From an uncultured Mollicutes bacterium (GTDB lineage: Bacteria > Bacillota_I > Bacilli_A > RFN20 > CAG-826): a stretch of DNA of 53,577 bases. Both the position numbers and the translations under genes were made by a program. This document shows, piece after piece, positions 30,173 to 40,194 of this stretch; within the stretch, counting starts at the first letter, position 1, and the number at the start of each line of letters is the position of its first letter. The stretch covers positions 1 to 53,577 of the forward strand of contig UQOB01000002.1 in the NCBI GenBank assembly GCA_900542595.1, written 5' to 3'. Below the pieces are notes generated by a model, which ran no database searches, was not told the DNA's origin, and worked only from the letters and a program-made list of their open reading frames with translations.

Positions 30173-31302
30173 GGATCTTTGATTTGATCGGTCTTCTTGT
30201 TGAGATTGGTGAATTCTTTTCTCGTTAAATCGTAACAAGCTAAGAGTTCCCCGTAATACATCTTCCGCATCGCGAGGTACCTCTTAGCTTCCATCTTATC
30301 GACATTGTTAAAATATAAAGATGAGAAAATCTTTTCCAAGCGGAAGAAAGATTCATAGAGATTGAGTAATGTAATCAGATAGAAATAGTTCTTTCTCGAA
30401 TAAATAAGTAAGGGAGAACTATGAGCGATTTCGGAACTCATCTCATAGACGCGGCTATACTCCTTGAGGTTAGCCGCTTTTTCAACCCCGTCCCTAAAAT
30501 TAAGTCTTAAGTCTTCCGGTTTTTGATCATCGGGGATGGCTAAAAGCCAGCCATATTCAATGAAGCGTTTCATGTCTTTACTCTTAAGGTCATGTTCTTT
30601 CATTTCCCGCTTGATATCGACGAAAATATTGTCGGTTTCTTCTTTGCTCGGTATCGCTCCCCGGAACGCGAGAGCGTACTTTAAGTGTACTAAATACCGG
30701 TCCATCACCGGTTTTCCATATTTCACTAAGACTTGCACGATACATTCATTTTCATGCATCGTTCGCCAGGTGGAAAAAGCTTCCGTTTCAAAGCCTTCCG
30801 TTAAAAGGAGGGTGATGCACTTCGCCATCGAGAAGCCCTTCTGCATAATATCGGTGATCAAGGTTTTATCGGGATTGGATTTCGCTACCCGTTGGAGAAC
30901 CCCTAAGATAAAGTTCAAAAATAAAGTAATCGTGGAAACAACCGGTAAATAGCGGGACGCAAAAGAACCGTTCTTAAAGGCTAAGTGTTCATTAGTGTAG
31001 TATTTATCGAGAGCGACACTAGCGGTTAAATTAAGATAGTCTTCTTTCTTAATTAAATCCTCTTCCTTCATCTCCGGATGAGCAGCTAAATAGAACACGT
31101 GTTCATTAGCGATATACAAGGTCAAGCTGATGTAGTTTAAAGAAAAACGACCGAAGATTTTAAAGTTCTCTTCCAGTGATGCACTGGCTTCCACTGCTTT
31201 TTGGTAACACGCGAAAATAAAATCAAAGGGCACCTTCCCTTGAAGATTTAAATACTTAATGATTAACTCAAAATTCTCTTTTGTAATCTGGGTTTTATTC
31301 AT
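30157..31302 (-). CDS. hypothetical protein (possibly DUF5677-like), last gene of the addBA string
   Basis: 381 aa, apparently all-helical. Segment ITLLLTEGFETEAFSTWRTMHENECIVQVL and a later EIAHSSP recall DUF5677. This is a weak recollection. The 3' end overlaps the convergent udk-like gene by 16 nt. Confidence 0.5.
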   Translation of the reverse strand: MNKTQITKENFELIIKYLNLQGKVPFDFIFACYQKAVEASASLEENFKIFGRFSLNYISLTLYIANEHVFYLAAHPEMKEEDLIKKEDYLNLTASVALDKYYTNEHLAFKNGSFASRYLPVVSTITLFLNFILGVLQRVAKSNPDKTLITDIMQKGFSMAKCITLLLTEGFETEAFSTWRTMHENECIVQVLVKYGKPVMDRYLVHLKYALAFRGAIPSKEETDNIFVDIKREMKEHDLKSKDMKRFIEYGWLLAIPDDQKPEDLRLNFRDGVEKAANLKEYSRVYEMSSEIAHSSPLLIYSRKNYFYLITLLNLYESFFRLEKIFSSLYFNNVDKMEAKRYLAMRKMYYGELLACYDLTRKEFTNLNKKTDQIKDPHTSA

Positions 31303-31303
31303 A

Positions 31304-34300
31304 CTACATTACAAGTTTATCGCGATTCTCCAAAATAGAAAGTAGGTAAAGTTTAGGTTTCATCCCAAAAACTCGTTCGATGTATGAACCATAAGCTTTA
31401 ACTTGCTTGTTGTAAGATTCATCATCAATGTTTCTCGTCTTATAATCAATAACCAAGATTTCATCGGGCTTAACTATCAATAAGTCAATGATGCCATCAA
31501 GATTATTTTCTTCATCAAAGAACTCGTATTCTTTGAAGATTTCGGCCTTTTCTAAGTTATCAAAAAGATGGTTATGGAGAACTCTTTCAATTACTTTTCG
31601 ATCTTTATCATCTTTGATAAAAGAACAATCTTTCGTTTTTAAATCGGTAAGTTCCAAATAACGATGGAGTTTATTTCCCCGTTTTAAGGCTTCATAGTTG
31701 ATGTCCGTGATGAGAGATTTACTCGCTCGTTCTTTAGTTAAGGGTTTAGAAGATGGATATTCAAAGGCCTTAAAAGTAAAAGGTGGTAATTCTTTCATCT
31801 GACCATATTCACTATTACCACGACCAAAGGAGTTATTATCTTTTAAGAGATTATCATCAACATTAACCCTCTTGTATACAGGAATGTCGTAACCATACTT
31901 TAAGAAGTCATTGAAGGTTCTAGGATTAACAAAATAAAATTTAGTACTAGATTTTCCAGTATTTTTATCAACTTTTTCAGTGGGTTGAATAAGATACGAC
32001 TTTCCAGCATATGAAATGAAAGACAATGCTTTGTCATCTTCCTTTTTAATGAGAATTATCTCGCTTTGGGCTCTGGTCAAGGCGACATAGAAAAGACGCA
32101 TTTTTTCGCTGAGAGACTTTTTTAATCTTTCTTTTTTAATAAGATCGGCAAAAAAGAAGCCTTTTTGGCTGAAATCCTTAATGGGAACAACACCCATATT
32201 CTTATCGACAAGGAAGTCGGTACTTTTTTCATTAGCATTTCCTACGGTGTTAAGATCCGGAACATAAACAATGCGGTTTTGAAGCCCTTTACTAGCATGG
32301 ATAGTCATTAAATGAACAGCATTAATACCGGTATTAACATGGACCGAATCTTCTTTTTCTTCGCTATCCCCGAGCATCGCAAAGTGCTCCACGTAATCTT
32401 TAAAGCTTCGACCCATTTCAGAGAAGGTTGTTGCTGTATCTAGAAGTTTTTGAATATAAGCAAAATTTTCTTTAACGTTATTTAAGCGATAAAGCTTTTC
32501 TTCAATTGGAAGGGTGGCAAGAATTAAATCCATCATCTCACGGGGAGTTAATCTATCTTTCTTTTTAGTCAATTCTCGGATAGTGGTAAAGACTTCATTC
32601 TTCTTAAAACCATCATTCGTGTCTTTAAGTAAGTGATAAATTTTTTCGTCCGAGTAACTATAAAGATAGCTACGAAGCACGCCAGCTAAATGCAACTTTA
32701 AAGCATCAACATCCTTCTCATCATCATTGATAAGATTGATGATATTGGTGATCGTTAAAAAGATTAGGTTATCCCGGATGACAGTTTTTTCCGTTGCTTC
32801 GATGGGAATTTGATAATCATTAAAGACTTTTCGATAGATATTAAAGTGACTTTTCCGTCGAATTAAAATCAAAAAATCTCCGTAATCCAAGGGTCTTTTT
32901 TCTAAATTTGAGTGTTTAGGGTCCGTATTTTCATTTTTCATTCTCTTAAGAATGTCTTGGGCGATAAGCTTGGCTTCCACCATTTGTTTATCGTTTTCCG
33001 AAATCTTATTAGCTGTATAGTAAACGATACTTTGAATACCAGGTTTATTAGCATCTTTAATCCGTTTCTCGTTGCCCCACTCTAACTCTTCTTTATCGCG
33101 GTAGCTGACTTCCCCAAGTTCTTCAGTCATTAAGTCTTGGAAAAGCTTATTGATGTCATTAATAACAGCATCCGCACTTCTAAAGTTCTTTTTCAGCCGG
33201 ATTACATGTCCTTTACTGCTATCTTTTTCATACATTCTTTCTTTATTTAAGAAAGGTTCGGGATAGGCATACCGCCAGGCATAGATTGACTGTTTAACAT
33301 CACCGACCATGAACATATTGCCACTGGTTAAGGTATTTAAGAAACTTTCTTGAAGATCAGACGTATCCTGATATTCATCGACCATAATGTATTGGTAATG
33401 TTTCTTAACTTCGGCAAGTACATTGGAGTCTTTGACTAATAAATTGGCAAAATAGGCGATATCACCGAAAGAATATAAGCCCACTTCTTTTTTCTTGGCT
33501 TGATAAAGATCATAAATTCTTTCGCTTAAATCGAAGATATAAGTTAAGACAGGAGACAACCTGTTATATAGCTTTTGCGTTATTTCTAAAGAAGCATAGG
33601 GAGAGTCGGCAAGAAGATTTTTGACGGCCTCTTTAATAGCTTTAAATATTTTAATTTGTTCTTCGTCTTTTGATTTACACTGCTTGCCCGGACGAGTTCC
33701 TCCCTCCACTCGAATTTTTTTGCATGCCGCAATATATTCTTTAATCGTTTCAAAATCCGTTCCATCAAGATAGGCTTTTGCCAAATCTTTGTAATCCTGA
33801 ATTTGGTCTTCTAAATCTTTTTCATAAGTATTCAAAAAACTTTTGGCGAAATCAAAAGTAGATTTATCCCTTAACTCGCGGAGAAGACCTTTAGGATCAC
33901 TATTTCTTTCCATTTCTTCAATGATGGAAACTAATAAGCCCTTAAGGGGGTTAGCGTTTTTAATGCAGTAGGCCTCAATGAAGAAATGAAGTTGAGGGTT
34001 CTTTTTGATAACTTCTTCTTCAATCACATCATCGATGATTTGCTTTAACATCGATTCGAGAATCTTATCGTCCCCAATATCGAGTTTGGTAGGTAAATTT
34101 AACGTGTAGCCATAAGTTAAAACGATTTTTCTTGCGAAAGCATCGAAGGTTGTAATATCCGCGTTTTCTGCCTTTTCAGCATTTTCGAAATCATTGTTCT
34201 CGGCGAATTTTGCTTTGATTCGGCTCTTCATTTCGGCCGCGGCGTCTTTAGTGAAAGTGAGAATTAAAAGGTTTTTTAAATCGACAGCTAAGCTTGGGTC

Positions 34301-34453
34301 ACAAACGTTGCTTCCTAAAGTTGAAATACCTTTTACAAGATAATAAACACGTTCCGAAAGAACAGCGGTTTTCCCGCTTCCGGCACCCGCACTGACGAGG
34401 AAGTTACCCTTCTTCGACAAGATAGCTTGTTCTTGATCTTTAGTCCATGCCAT
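31304..34453 (-). CDS. addA: ATP-dependent helicase/nuclease AddA (UvrD-like helicase plus RecB-type nuclease)
   Basis: 1049 aa. Walker A SAGAGSGKT, MVDEYQDT, and the C-terminal PD-(D/E)xK motif GIIDLLIVKPDEILVIDYKT. Confidence 0.9.
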   Translation of the reverse strand: MAWTKDQEQAILSKKGNFLVSAGAGSGKTAVLSERVYYLVKGISTLGSNVCDPSLAVDLKNLLILTFTKDAAAEMKSRIKAKFAENNDFENAEKAENADITTFDAFARKIVLTYGYTLNLPTKLDIGDDKILESMLKQIIDDVIEEEVIKKNPQLHFFIEAYCIKNANPLKGLLVSIIEEMERNSDPKGLLRELRDKSTFDFAKSFLNTYEKDLEDQIQDYKDLAKAYLDGTDFETIKEYIAACKKIRVEGGTRPGKQCKSKDEEQIKIFKAIKEAVKNLLADSPYASLEITQKLYNRLSPVLTYIFDLSERIYDLYQAKKKEVGLYSFGDIAYFANLLVKDSNVLAEVKKHYQYIMVDEYQDTSDLQESFLNTLTSGNMFMVGDVKQSIYAWRYAYPEPFLNKERMYEKDSSKGHVIRLKKNFRSADAVINDINKLFQDLMTEELGEVSYRDKEELEWGNEKRIKDANKPGIQSIVYYTANKISENDKQMVEAKLIAQDILKRMKNENTDPKHSNLEKRPLDYGDFLILIRRKSHFNIYRKVFNDYQIPIEATEKTVIRDNLIFLTITNIINLINDDEKDVDALKLHLAGVLRSYLYSYSDEKIYHLLKDTNDGFKKNEVFTTIRELTKKKDRLTPREMMDLILATLPIEEKLYRLNNVKENFAYIQKLLDTATTFSEMGRSFKDYVEHFAMLGDSEEKEDSVHVNTGINAVHLMTIHASKGLQNRIVYVPDLNTVGNANEKSTDFLVDKNMGVVPIKDFSQKGFFFADLIKKERLKKSLSEKMRLFYVALTRAQSEIILIKKEDDKALSFISYAGKSYLIQPTEKVDKNTGKSSTKFYFVNPRTFNDFLKYGYDIPVYKRVNVDDNLLKDNNSFGRGNSEYGQMKELPPFTFKAFEYPSSKPLTKERASKSLITDINYEALKRGNKLHRYLELTDLKTKDCSFIKDDKDRKVIERVLHNHLFDNLEKAEIFKEYEFFDEENNLDGIIDLLIVKPDEILVIDYKTRNIDDESYNKQVKAYGSYIERVFGMKPKLYLLSILENRDKLVM

Positions 34454-36779
34454 CGTCTTCTTCCTCCGCGTTTATTTCATCACTATCGACAATATTCGGG
34501 TCACTGGTAATTTGTTTCGTTTTATAGCAAATGCCGTTATAAGGACAATATTTACAGGCTTCTTTATTATCTGGTTTAATTGGGAAATCGCCAGCATTTC
34601 TCTTTTTAGAAGCATCTCGAACAAAACCTTCGGCTTTAAGAGCAATATTTTTTAGAAAGTCTGAATTTCTAGCGTTTGAATTAGCATAAAAACCCTTTTT
34701 CGAATAACGGGATTTTTTAACAATATCAAGCTTATTAGTTAACTGATCAAAAGCTAATAAGTCATTAAGGAAAGGACCAGAAAGCATCGAACTATCTTTC
34801 TGCAGTGCAATCGTTTCATCTACATCTAATAAACCTTTCACCGCTTTGATGGAGGCAATATACGCCCCTTGAAAAGTAAGGTTTTCAAATGTTTCGTCCT
34901 TTTCACTCAGAAAATAATAGAGAGGCAATTGCAAGGAGCGTCCTTTTTCAAGTTCTTTATATGAAAACCCGGCATCACCGGTTTTAAAGTCTAGGATGGA
35001 ATAATATCTACCATAAGTAATAACAAGGTCAACTCTTCCGCCTAAAGAGAGTTTTTCATCAAACTCATAGGCAAAATCACGTTCATGGTCAAAATGAGAA
35101 TTTGCGATGGCTTTGAAGGCTTCACGATATTTATCAAAACTAATCTTTAAATGTTGAAATTCATTTTCAATTAACGCTTCTTCTAATTTGGTTAATGGTG
35201 GTTTTTGGCTTTCGTTATTTTTAATCGCTCTTGCTTTTAAGGTTTCAAAGTCTTCTGTTCCCTCTACTCCTTCAAAAATTTCATGAGCGAGTGTTCCATA
35301 ATACGTATGCATCGTGTCTTCATAGGTAGATAGACTCAAAATATAGGAACAGTAATATTGGAAGGGGCAAGCATAATATTTATCCAGCGAACTATAAGAA
35401 AACTTAACCGGTTGGTTTTGGTAACCTGCATTAAAGGATTGGTAAACAGGTAAATAATCGGTGTTTTCAGGGAAACGATCACCCTTAAACCTAATGTAGT
35501 CATCATTAGCGGTCCCGTAGTTATGTTTATCGTCCAAGGCTGCTCGATGAAAATAATTATCGTGAGATTGGCTGAGATTAGTGTCATCCATCGATGCCTG
35601 CTTAAGGTCTTTCTTACTAGTCCCAAAGTACGTGGAAGGTTCGGTCTTCTTGCCTCCCACCGAGTTTGAAAAAGAAATAAAAAGATGATTGTTCTTGATG
35701 AATAAACGTTCTCTTTCCTTTTGCTCCCGTTCTTTCCAAATATTATCCATATAGCCGAGAGCGATTAGATCCTCATCTTCTAAAAAGAGTTCGGCAGAAT
35801 GACCTTTAGGGAAGGACGAAAGGTTGAAATTTAAGAAATAGCCATCTTTACCCTGATATTCATTCGGGGAAGATAGAAGCTCCAATTCCGTTTCATAATG
35901 AATAACAGGTTTACTTATATTCTTAACTGCTTGATCTAAAAGCGATAATTCTTGTTCTTTATTTTCAAAAATCCCTTTAAATCTCAAATATAAAGATTGA
36001 ATTTTCGATATTTCATCAGCGGAATACCCTTCTTTTATTAGAACATCAAAAGGATTTTCTTCTGTTAAAAATAAGGCTCTAAATCTCTTGTAGGTTCCAC
36101 TTCCAAATAGGGAGATGGGCGAAGGGACAGCAATTGGTAAATTACCAAAATCTTTAGCTAAAAATTTTAAGGAAGGGTAATAATTATCATCCGCCCCATA
36201 GATAAAACATTTCTTAAGATAGTCTTTATCCTCTGATGCTTTCCTCGCAATTTCATTGAGGATATAACGGCATTCATCGCCGGGTTCATCAAAGACATAA
36301 ATCGTAGGTTTAAAGTCATCCTCTACCGGTTGTTCAAGGTAAACATGCGGTTCGTTTGTAATTCCATGCTTTTTAAGGAACCCTTTGATCGGAGTCGCAT
36401 CAAAATAACCAGCGATAACAATAGAACGACTATATTCTTCGAGGAGATTATCTTTGATATCCAAAAGATGTTCTTTTAAGAATTCTTCTTGCCAGGTTTT
36501 TAACTTATCAAATTTCGCTTTAGTTGTTTCTTTAAGGTGGGGGCTTTTAATGGCCTTGACGTACGCGAGAGCTAAGTTATAATCTTCCCCTTTTTTAAGG
36601 ATTTCTCTCAGCACCCGGTCATCAGCTTGATAGAAAAAATCATCGATGACATCTTCAAAAGACTTTAAAGAAAAAGCGAGATGAGGATTTGTTCTCCTCA
36701 TCGCTAAATAGCCTTTAAAGTTACTCCTCGGAGTGATAATTAAAGGATTTTTATACTGCTTGATGTCGTCGATTTTCAC
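34440..36779 (-). CDS. addB: helicase-nuclease subunit AddB/RexB, short form
   Basis: 779 aa with a GTG start. Nuclease motif GRVDLVITYGRYYSILDFKTG. Fe-S cluster cysteines are present (YYACPFQ ... CKYCPYNGIC). No Walker A motif seen. Confidence 0.8.
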   Translation of the reverse strand: MKIDDIKQYKNPLIITPRSNFKGYLAMRRTNPHLAFSLKSFEDVIDDFFYQADDRVLREILKKGEDYNLALAYVKAIKSPHLKETTKAKFDKLKTWQEEFLKEHLLDIKDNLLEEYSRSIVIAGYFDATPIKGFLKKHGITNEPHVYLEQPVEDDFKPTIYVFDEPGDECRYILNEIARKASEDKDYLKKCFIYGADDNYYPSLKFLAKDFGNLPIAVPSPISLFGSGTYKRFRALFLTEENPFDVLIKEGYSADEISKIQSLYLRFKGIFENKEQELSLLDQAVKNISKPVIHYETELELLSSPNEYQGKDGYFLNFNLSSFPKGHSAELFLEDEDLIALGYMDNIWKEREQKERERLFIKNNHLFISFSNSVGGKKTEPSTYFGTSKKDLKQASMDDTNLSQSHDNYFHRAALDDKHNYGTANDDYIRFKGDRFPENTDYLPVYQSFNAGYQNQPVKFSYSSLDKYYACPFQYYCSYILSLSTYEDTMHTYYGTLAHEIFEGVEGTEDFETLKARAIKNNESQKPPLTKLEEALIENEFQHLKISFDKYREAFKAIANSHFDHERDFAYEFDEKLSLGGRVDLVITYGRYYSILDFKTGDAGFSYKELEKGRSLQLPLYYFLSEKDETFENLTFQGAYIASIKAVKGLLDVDETIALQKDSSMLSGPFLNDLLAFDQLTNKLDIVKKSRYSKKGFYANSNARNSDFLKNIALKAEGFVRDASKKRNAGDFPIKPDNKEACKYCPYNGICYKTKQITSDPNIVDSDEINAEEEDDGMD

Positions 36780-36809
36780 GAGGCAATTTTACAACGTAAA
36801 GGACTTTAA

Positions 36810-38294
36810 TTAAATATCTTTTGTCTTAAACGCTCGGGTCGCTTTCACCGCGGTTTTCCAACCACGATATTTCTTTTCTCTCGTTTCTTTATCGAGTTTC
36901 GGGGTAAAGATATTTTCTTTCCGGCTCGCGATTAAGCTTTCAAGGTCATCGAAGAAGTGTGTATAGATGCTGGCGAGATAAGCCGCTCCGAGAGCGGTTG
37001 TTTCTTTTTCGGTTTGGACCCCGACTTTCACCCCTAAAATATCGCTTTGGAATTGCATCAAAAGATTATTTTGGCTCGCTCCCCCATCGGCTTTAAGAAC
37101 CTTTAGTTTGAGCTTAGCTTCTTTTTTCATAATGTCGAAGACGTCACGACTTTGATAGGCGATGCTTTCGAGAGCCGCTCGGGTGATATGGTGGCGGCTG
37201 ACGCCTCTTGTTAAACCAACAATCGCTCCCCTCGCTTCTTCATCCCAATAAGGTGTTCCAAGCCCGGTAAAACTCGGGACAAAGTAGATGCCGTTACTAT
37301 CGCTCACCTTATTAGCGTGCATCTCGCTGTCACTGCTGCTTTTGATCCAGCCTAATTGGTCACGGACGTATTGAACGACCGCACCCCCGATAAAGACACT
37401 ACCTTCTAAAGCGTAAGTTACTTGCCCATTAATTTTCCAAGCGACAGTCGAAAGTAAACCATGCTTACTATCCACCACTTTATCCCCGGTATTCATCAGC
37501 ATAAAGCAACCGGTGCCGTAGGTGTTTTTGCTGTCCCCTTCTTTAAAGCAACCTTCCCCGAATAAAGCAGCTTGTTGGTCACCGGCTACCCCGGTGATGA
37601 TGAGGTCATGGTTAAAGAAATCAGCGTGACCAAACATGTCAACATTTTCTTTGATTTCCGGAAGCATGGCTCTCGGAATATTGAAGAGTTTTAAAAGCTC
37701 ATCATCCCAAGTGAGAGTGTGGATATTAAATAACAATGTTCTTGAAGCGTTCGTGATATCGGTGACGTGAGATTTTCCCTTCGTCATCCGGTAAATTAAG
37801 AAAGTTTCGACCGTTCCAAAAAGGAGTTCGCCGGCTTCCGCTCGGGCTTGGAAGGTCGGGTCTTGTTCTAAGATATAACGAATCTTACTAGCGCTAAAAT
37901 AGGGGTCTAATCTAAGACCAGTTTTGGCTTTTAAGAAGTCCTCGTACTTTTCATAACGCTTAACGACTTCTAAAGAATCTCTTCCCTGCCACACGATAGC
38001 GGGAAAGACCGCTTTCCCCGTCGCTTTTTCAAAGACAATCGTGGTTTCTCTTTGAGTCGCGATCCCTAAACAAGCGATATCGGAAAACGAAACATTACTT
38101 CTAATCAATACATCATTGATGACATCGACCACCGAGATCCAGATTTCTTCCGGGTCTTGCCGGACAAAGCCCGGAGCAGGGAAAGTGCAATGTACTTCCC
38201 TTTGGGCCTTTTGAATGACCTTACCGGTTTTATCCACGAGTATCGCTCGCGTGGAGGTCGTTCCTTGGTCGATGCTCAAGATGTAAGATTTCAT
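36810..38294 (-). CDS. glpK: glycerol kinase
   Basis: 494 aa. N-terminus YILSIDQGTTSTRAIL, plus GDQQAALFG and the FGGY fold. Confidence 0.95.
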   Translation of the reverse strand: MKSYILSIDQGTTSTRAILVDKTGKVIQKAQREVHCTFPAPGFVRQDPEEIWISVVDVINDVLIRSNVSFSDIACLGIATQRETTIVFEKATGKAVFPAIVWQGRDSLEVVKRYEKYEDFLKAKTGLRLDPYFSASKIRYILEQDPTFQARAEAGELLFGTVETFLIYRMTKGKSHVTDITNASRTLLFNIHTLTWDDELLKLFNIPRAMLPEIKENVDMFGHADFFNHDLIITGVAGDQQAALFGEGCFKEGDSKNTYGTGCFMLMNTGDKVVDSKHGLLSTVAWKINGQVTYALEGSVFIGGAVVQYVRDQLGWIKSSSDSEMHANKVSDSNGIYFVPSFTGLGTPYWDEEARGAIVGLTRGVSRHHITRAALESIAYQSRDVFDIMKKEAKLKLKVLKADGGASQNNLLMQFQSDILGVKVGVQTEKETTALGAAYLASIYTHFFDDLESLIASRKENIFTPKLDKETREKKYRGWKTAVKATRAFKTKDI

Positions 38295-39583
38295 AAATGG
38301 CTCCGGCTCGCTAAAAGTTTTTCAATTTCTTCAGGTTCTTTCAAAATTTCTTTCGTTAAGACTTCACATCCGTCTTTGGTGATTAAAAGGTCATCTTCAA
38401 TTCTAATCCCAATTCCGAGATCTTCAAAGTAGAGCCCCGGTTCGTCGCTGATTACCATCCCTTCTTCTAATGGAAGTTCTTTGTATTTTCTATCGACCGG
38501 TGAAAGATAAGGATCATGGGTATCAAGGCCAATCATGTGGCTGACGTTATGGAAATAGACATTGACGATATCTTTCTTATCTTTTAAGAAGCCTTTTTCG
38601 ACGAGCCGTGTCGCTAAAAGCTCGATGGTCGCGTTCTGTAAGTCTTGAACTGTGATACCAGGCTTCGCTAAATTGATGACGAGTTTATTGGCTTCTAAAA
38701 CGATTTCATAGAGCGAACGTTGAACGGAGGTAAATTTTCCATTAATCGGGAAGGTTCTCGACACATCCGCGCAGTAGTACCCGCTTCTCGCTCCTAAGTC
38801 CATCAGGAGTAAATCCCCATCTTTTAAGGTATCTAAGGGAGTAGGATAGTGAAGAACAGTTCCGTGCATGCCGCTCGCCATGATAGTGTGGAAAGATAAG
38901 CCATGATAATGGTTTAAATCGTTGATCGTGTGGAAGAAGATATCCGCCATTTCGTATTCTTTCGCCCCCGGAATCATCTTGTTAATAGTTGCTAAAATGC
39001 CAAGTTTCGTAATTTTGATAGCTTTTCTAAATTCTTCGATTTCGGCTGGGGATTTTCTGAGTCTCAGAGTCGTGACTAAGGGATAAGCATCTTTAATCTT
39101 GAGGGACGGATATTTTTCGTGGAGACTAGCGATTAAATCTTTAACCGAATATTCCGATTTAATCTTGATTTCCCGATCAAAGTCAAAGTAGACATTATCG
39201 AGAACATCATACGAAGCAATTTCCGGATTTAAACAGCTTTCCAGTCTCGCTTCAAAAGCGGTATTTTCTAAGACATTATTGATACCCGAGATATCGCTCG
39301 CTTCTTTCGGGGTTAACCGTTTCCCGTACCATTTTTCTTTGTTCTTATCGAAGGGGGAGATGAAGAGGAAGGTTTTTCTTTCCCCGTACGCGTTTACCAT
39401 GAAGAGGACGCTATCTTCTTGCTCGATGCCGGTTAAATAGTAGAAGTTCCGGTTAACTTCAAAATCATAATCTTCATCCGCGCTTTTAACTTTACCAACG
39501 CCGGAGAAGAGAACTAAAAGACTATTGTCTTCCATCATCGAAAAGAGTTTTTCTCTTCGACTTTCGAATTCCTTTTTATTCAT
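38291..39583 (-). CDS. pepP: Xaa-Pro aminopeptidase (M24B) with an N-terminal AMP_N domain
   Basis: 430 aa. Metal ligand motifs DLGARSGYYCADVSRT, HNVSHMIGLDTHD, SDEPGLY, IRIEDD. Confidence 0.88.
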   Translation of the reverse strand: MNKKEFESRREKLFSMMEDNSLLVLFSGVGKVKSADEDYDFEVNRNFYYLTGIEQEDSVLFMVNAYGERKTFLFISPFDKNKEKWYGKRLTPKEASDISGINNVLENTAFEARLESCLNPEIASYDVLDNVYFDFDREIKIKSEYSVKDLIASLHEKYPSLKIKDAYPLVTTLRLRKSPAEIEEFRKAIKITKLGILATINKMIPGAKEYEMADIFFHTINDLNHYHGLSFHTIMASGMHGTVLHYPTPLDTLKDGDLLLMDLGARSGYYCADVSRTFPINGKFTSVQRSLYEIVLEANKLVINLAKPGITVQDLQNATIELLATRLVEKGFLKDKKDIVNVYFHNVSHMIGLDTHDPYLSPVDRKYKELPLEEGMVISDEPGLYFEDLGIGIRIEDDLLITKDGCEVLTKEILKEPEEIEKLLASRSHL

Positions 39584-40194
39584 TTATTAAGCTCCTTTAA
39601 AATCATTTGGCTTTCTTTTTTTATCTCGATATTCAGGAGATAGTTTTTGATGAAAGCCTCTATAATGGTAACACTTCCGAGCAAGACAAGGTTTATCGAC
39701 ATACCAAAATTTTTATTGAGGACAGTGATACCTTCCCTTTCGATAATTTTCTCGATCTGGTTGTAGGTTTTGTAATCGATATCGAAGGTGATTTTTTCCC
39801 CTTCAATATAGACCCCATATTCCCCCTTCTTTAAGGCTAAAGATGCCGCGTCCCCGTACGTCCTTCTAAGGCGTGGGAGACCGAGCTTAATGCCGCCGTA
39901 AAAACGAATTACCGCTGCAAAAACCCCATAAACTTTTTCTTTTCTTAAAATATTGAGGATGGTGTAACCCCCGGAATTAGAGGGTTCTCCGTCTTGAGAA
40001 AAGCCCTCCTTTTCATCCAACACATAAGCATAGCAAAGGTGGTCCGCTTTCGGGTATTTGGCCTCGAAATCTTTGATAAACTTATCCACTTCTTCTTCCT
40101 TAGACAAAGGAAAAACGTGGGTAAAGAATTCAGAGTTTTCAAGGCAGATATAAGAAGTAACAGGTTTTAAAAGGTACCGCTTAGGACAGCTCAT
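39580..40194 (-). CDS. yigZ: IMPACT/YigZ (UPF0029) family protein
   Basis: 204 aa. Contains KADHLCYAYVL and GEPSNSGG as in YigZ. The ATG lies inside the last codons of the giant gene (14-nt overlap). Confidence 0.8.
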   Translation of the reverse strand: MSCPKRYLLKPVTSYICLENSEFFTHVFPLSKEEEVDKFIKDFEAKYPKADHLCYAYVLDEKEGFSQDGEPSNSGGYTILNILRKEKVYGVFAAVIRFYGGIKLGLPRLRRTYGDAASLALKKGEYGVYIEGEKITFDIDYKTYNQIEKIIEREGITVLNKNFGMSINLVLLGSVTIIEAFIKNYLLNIEIKKESQMILKELNK

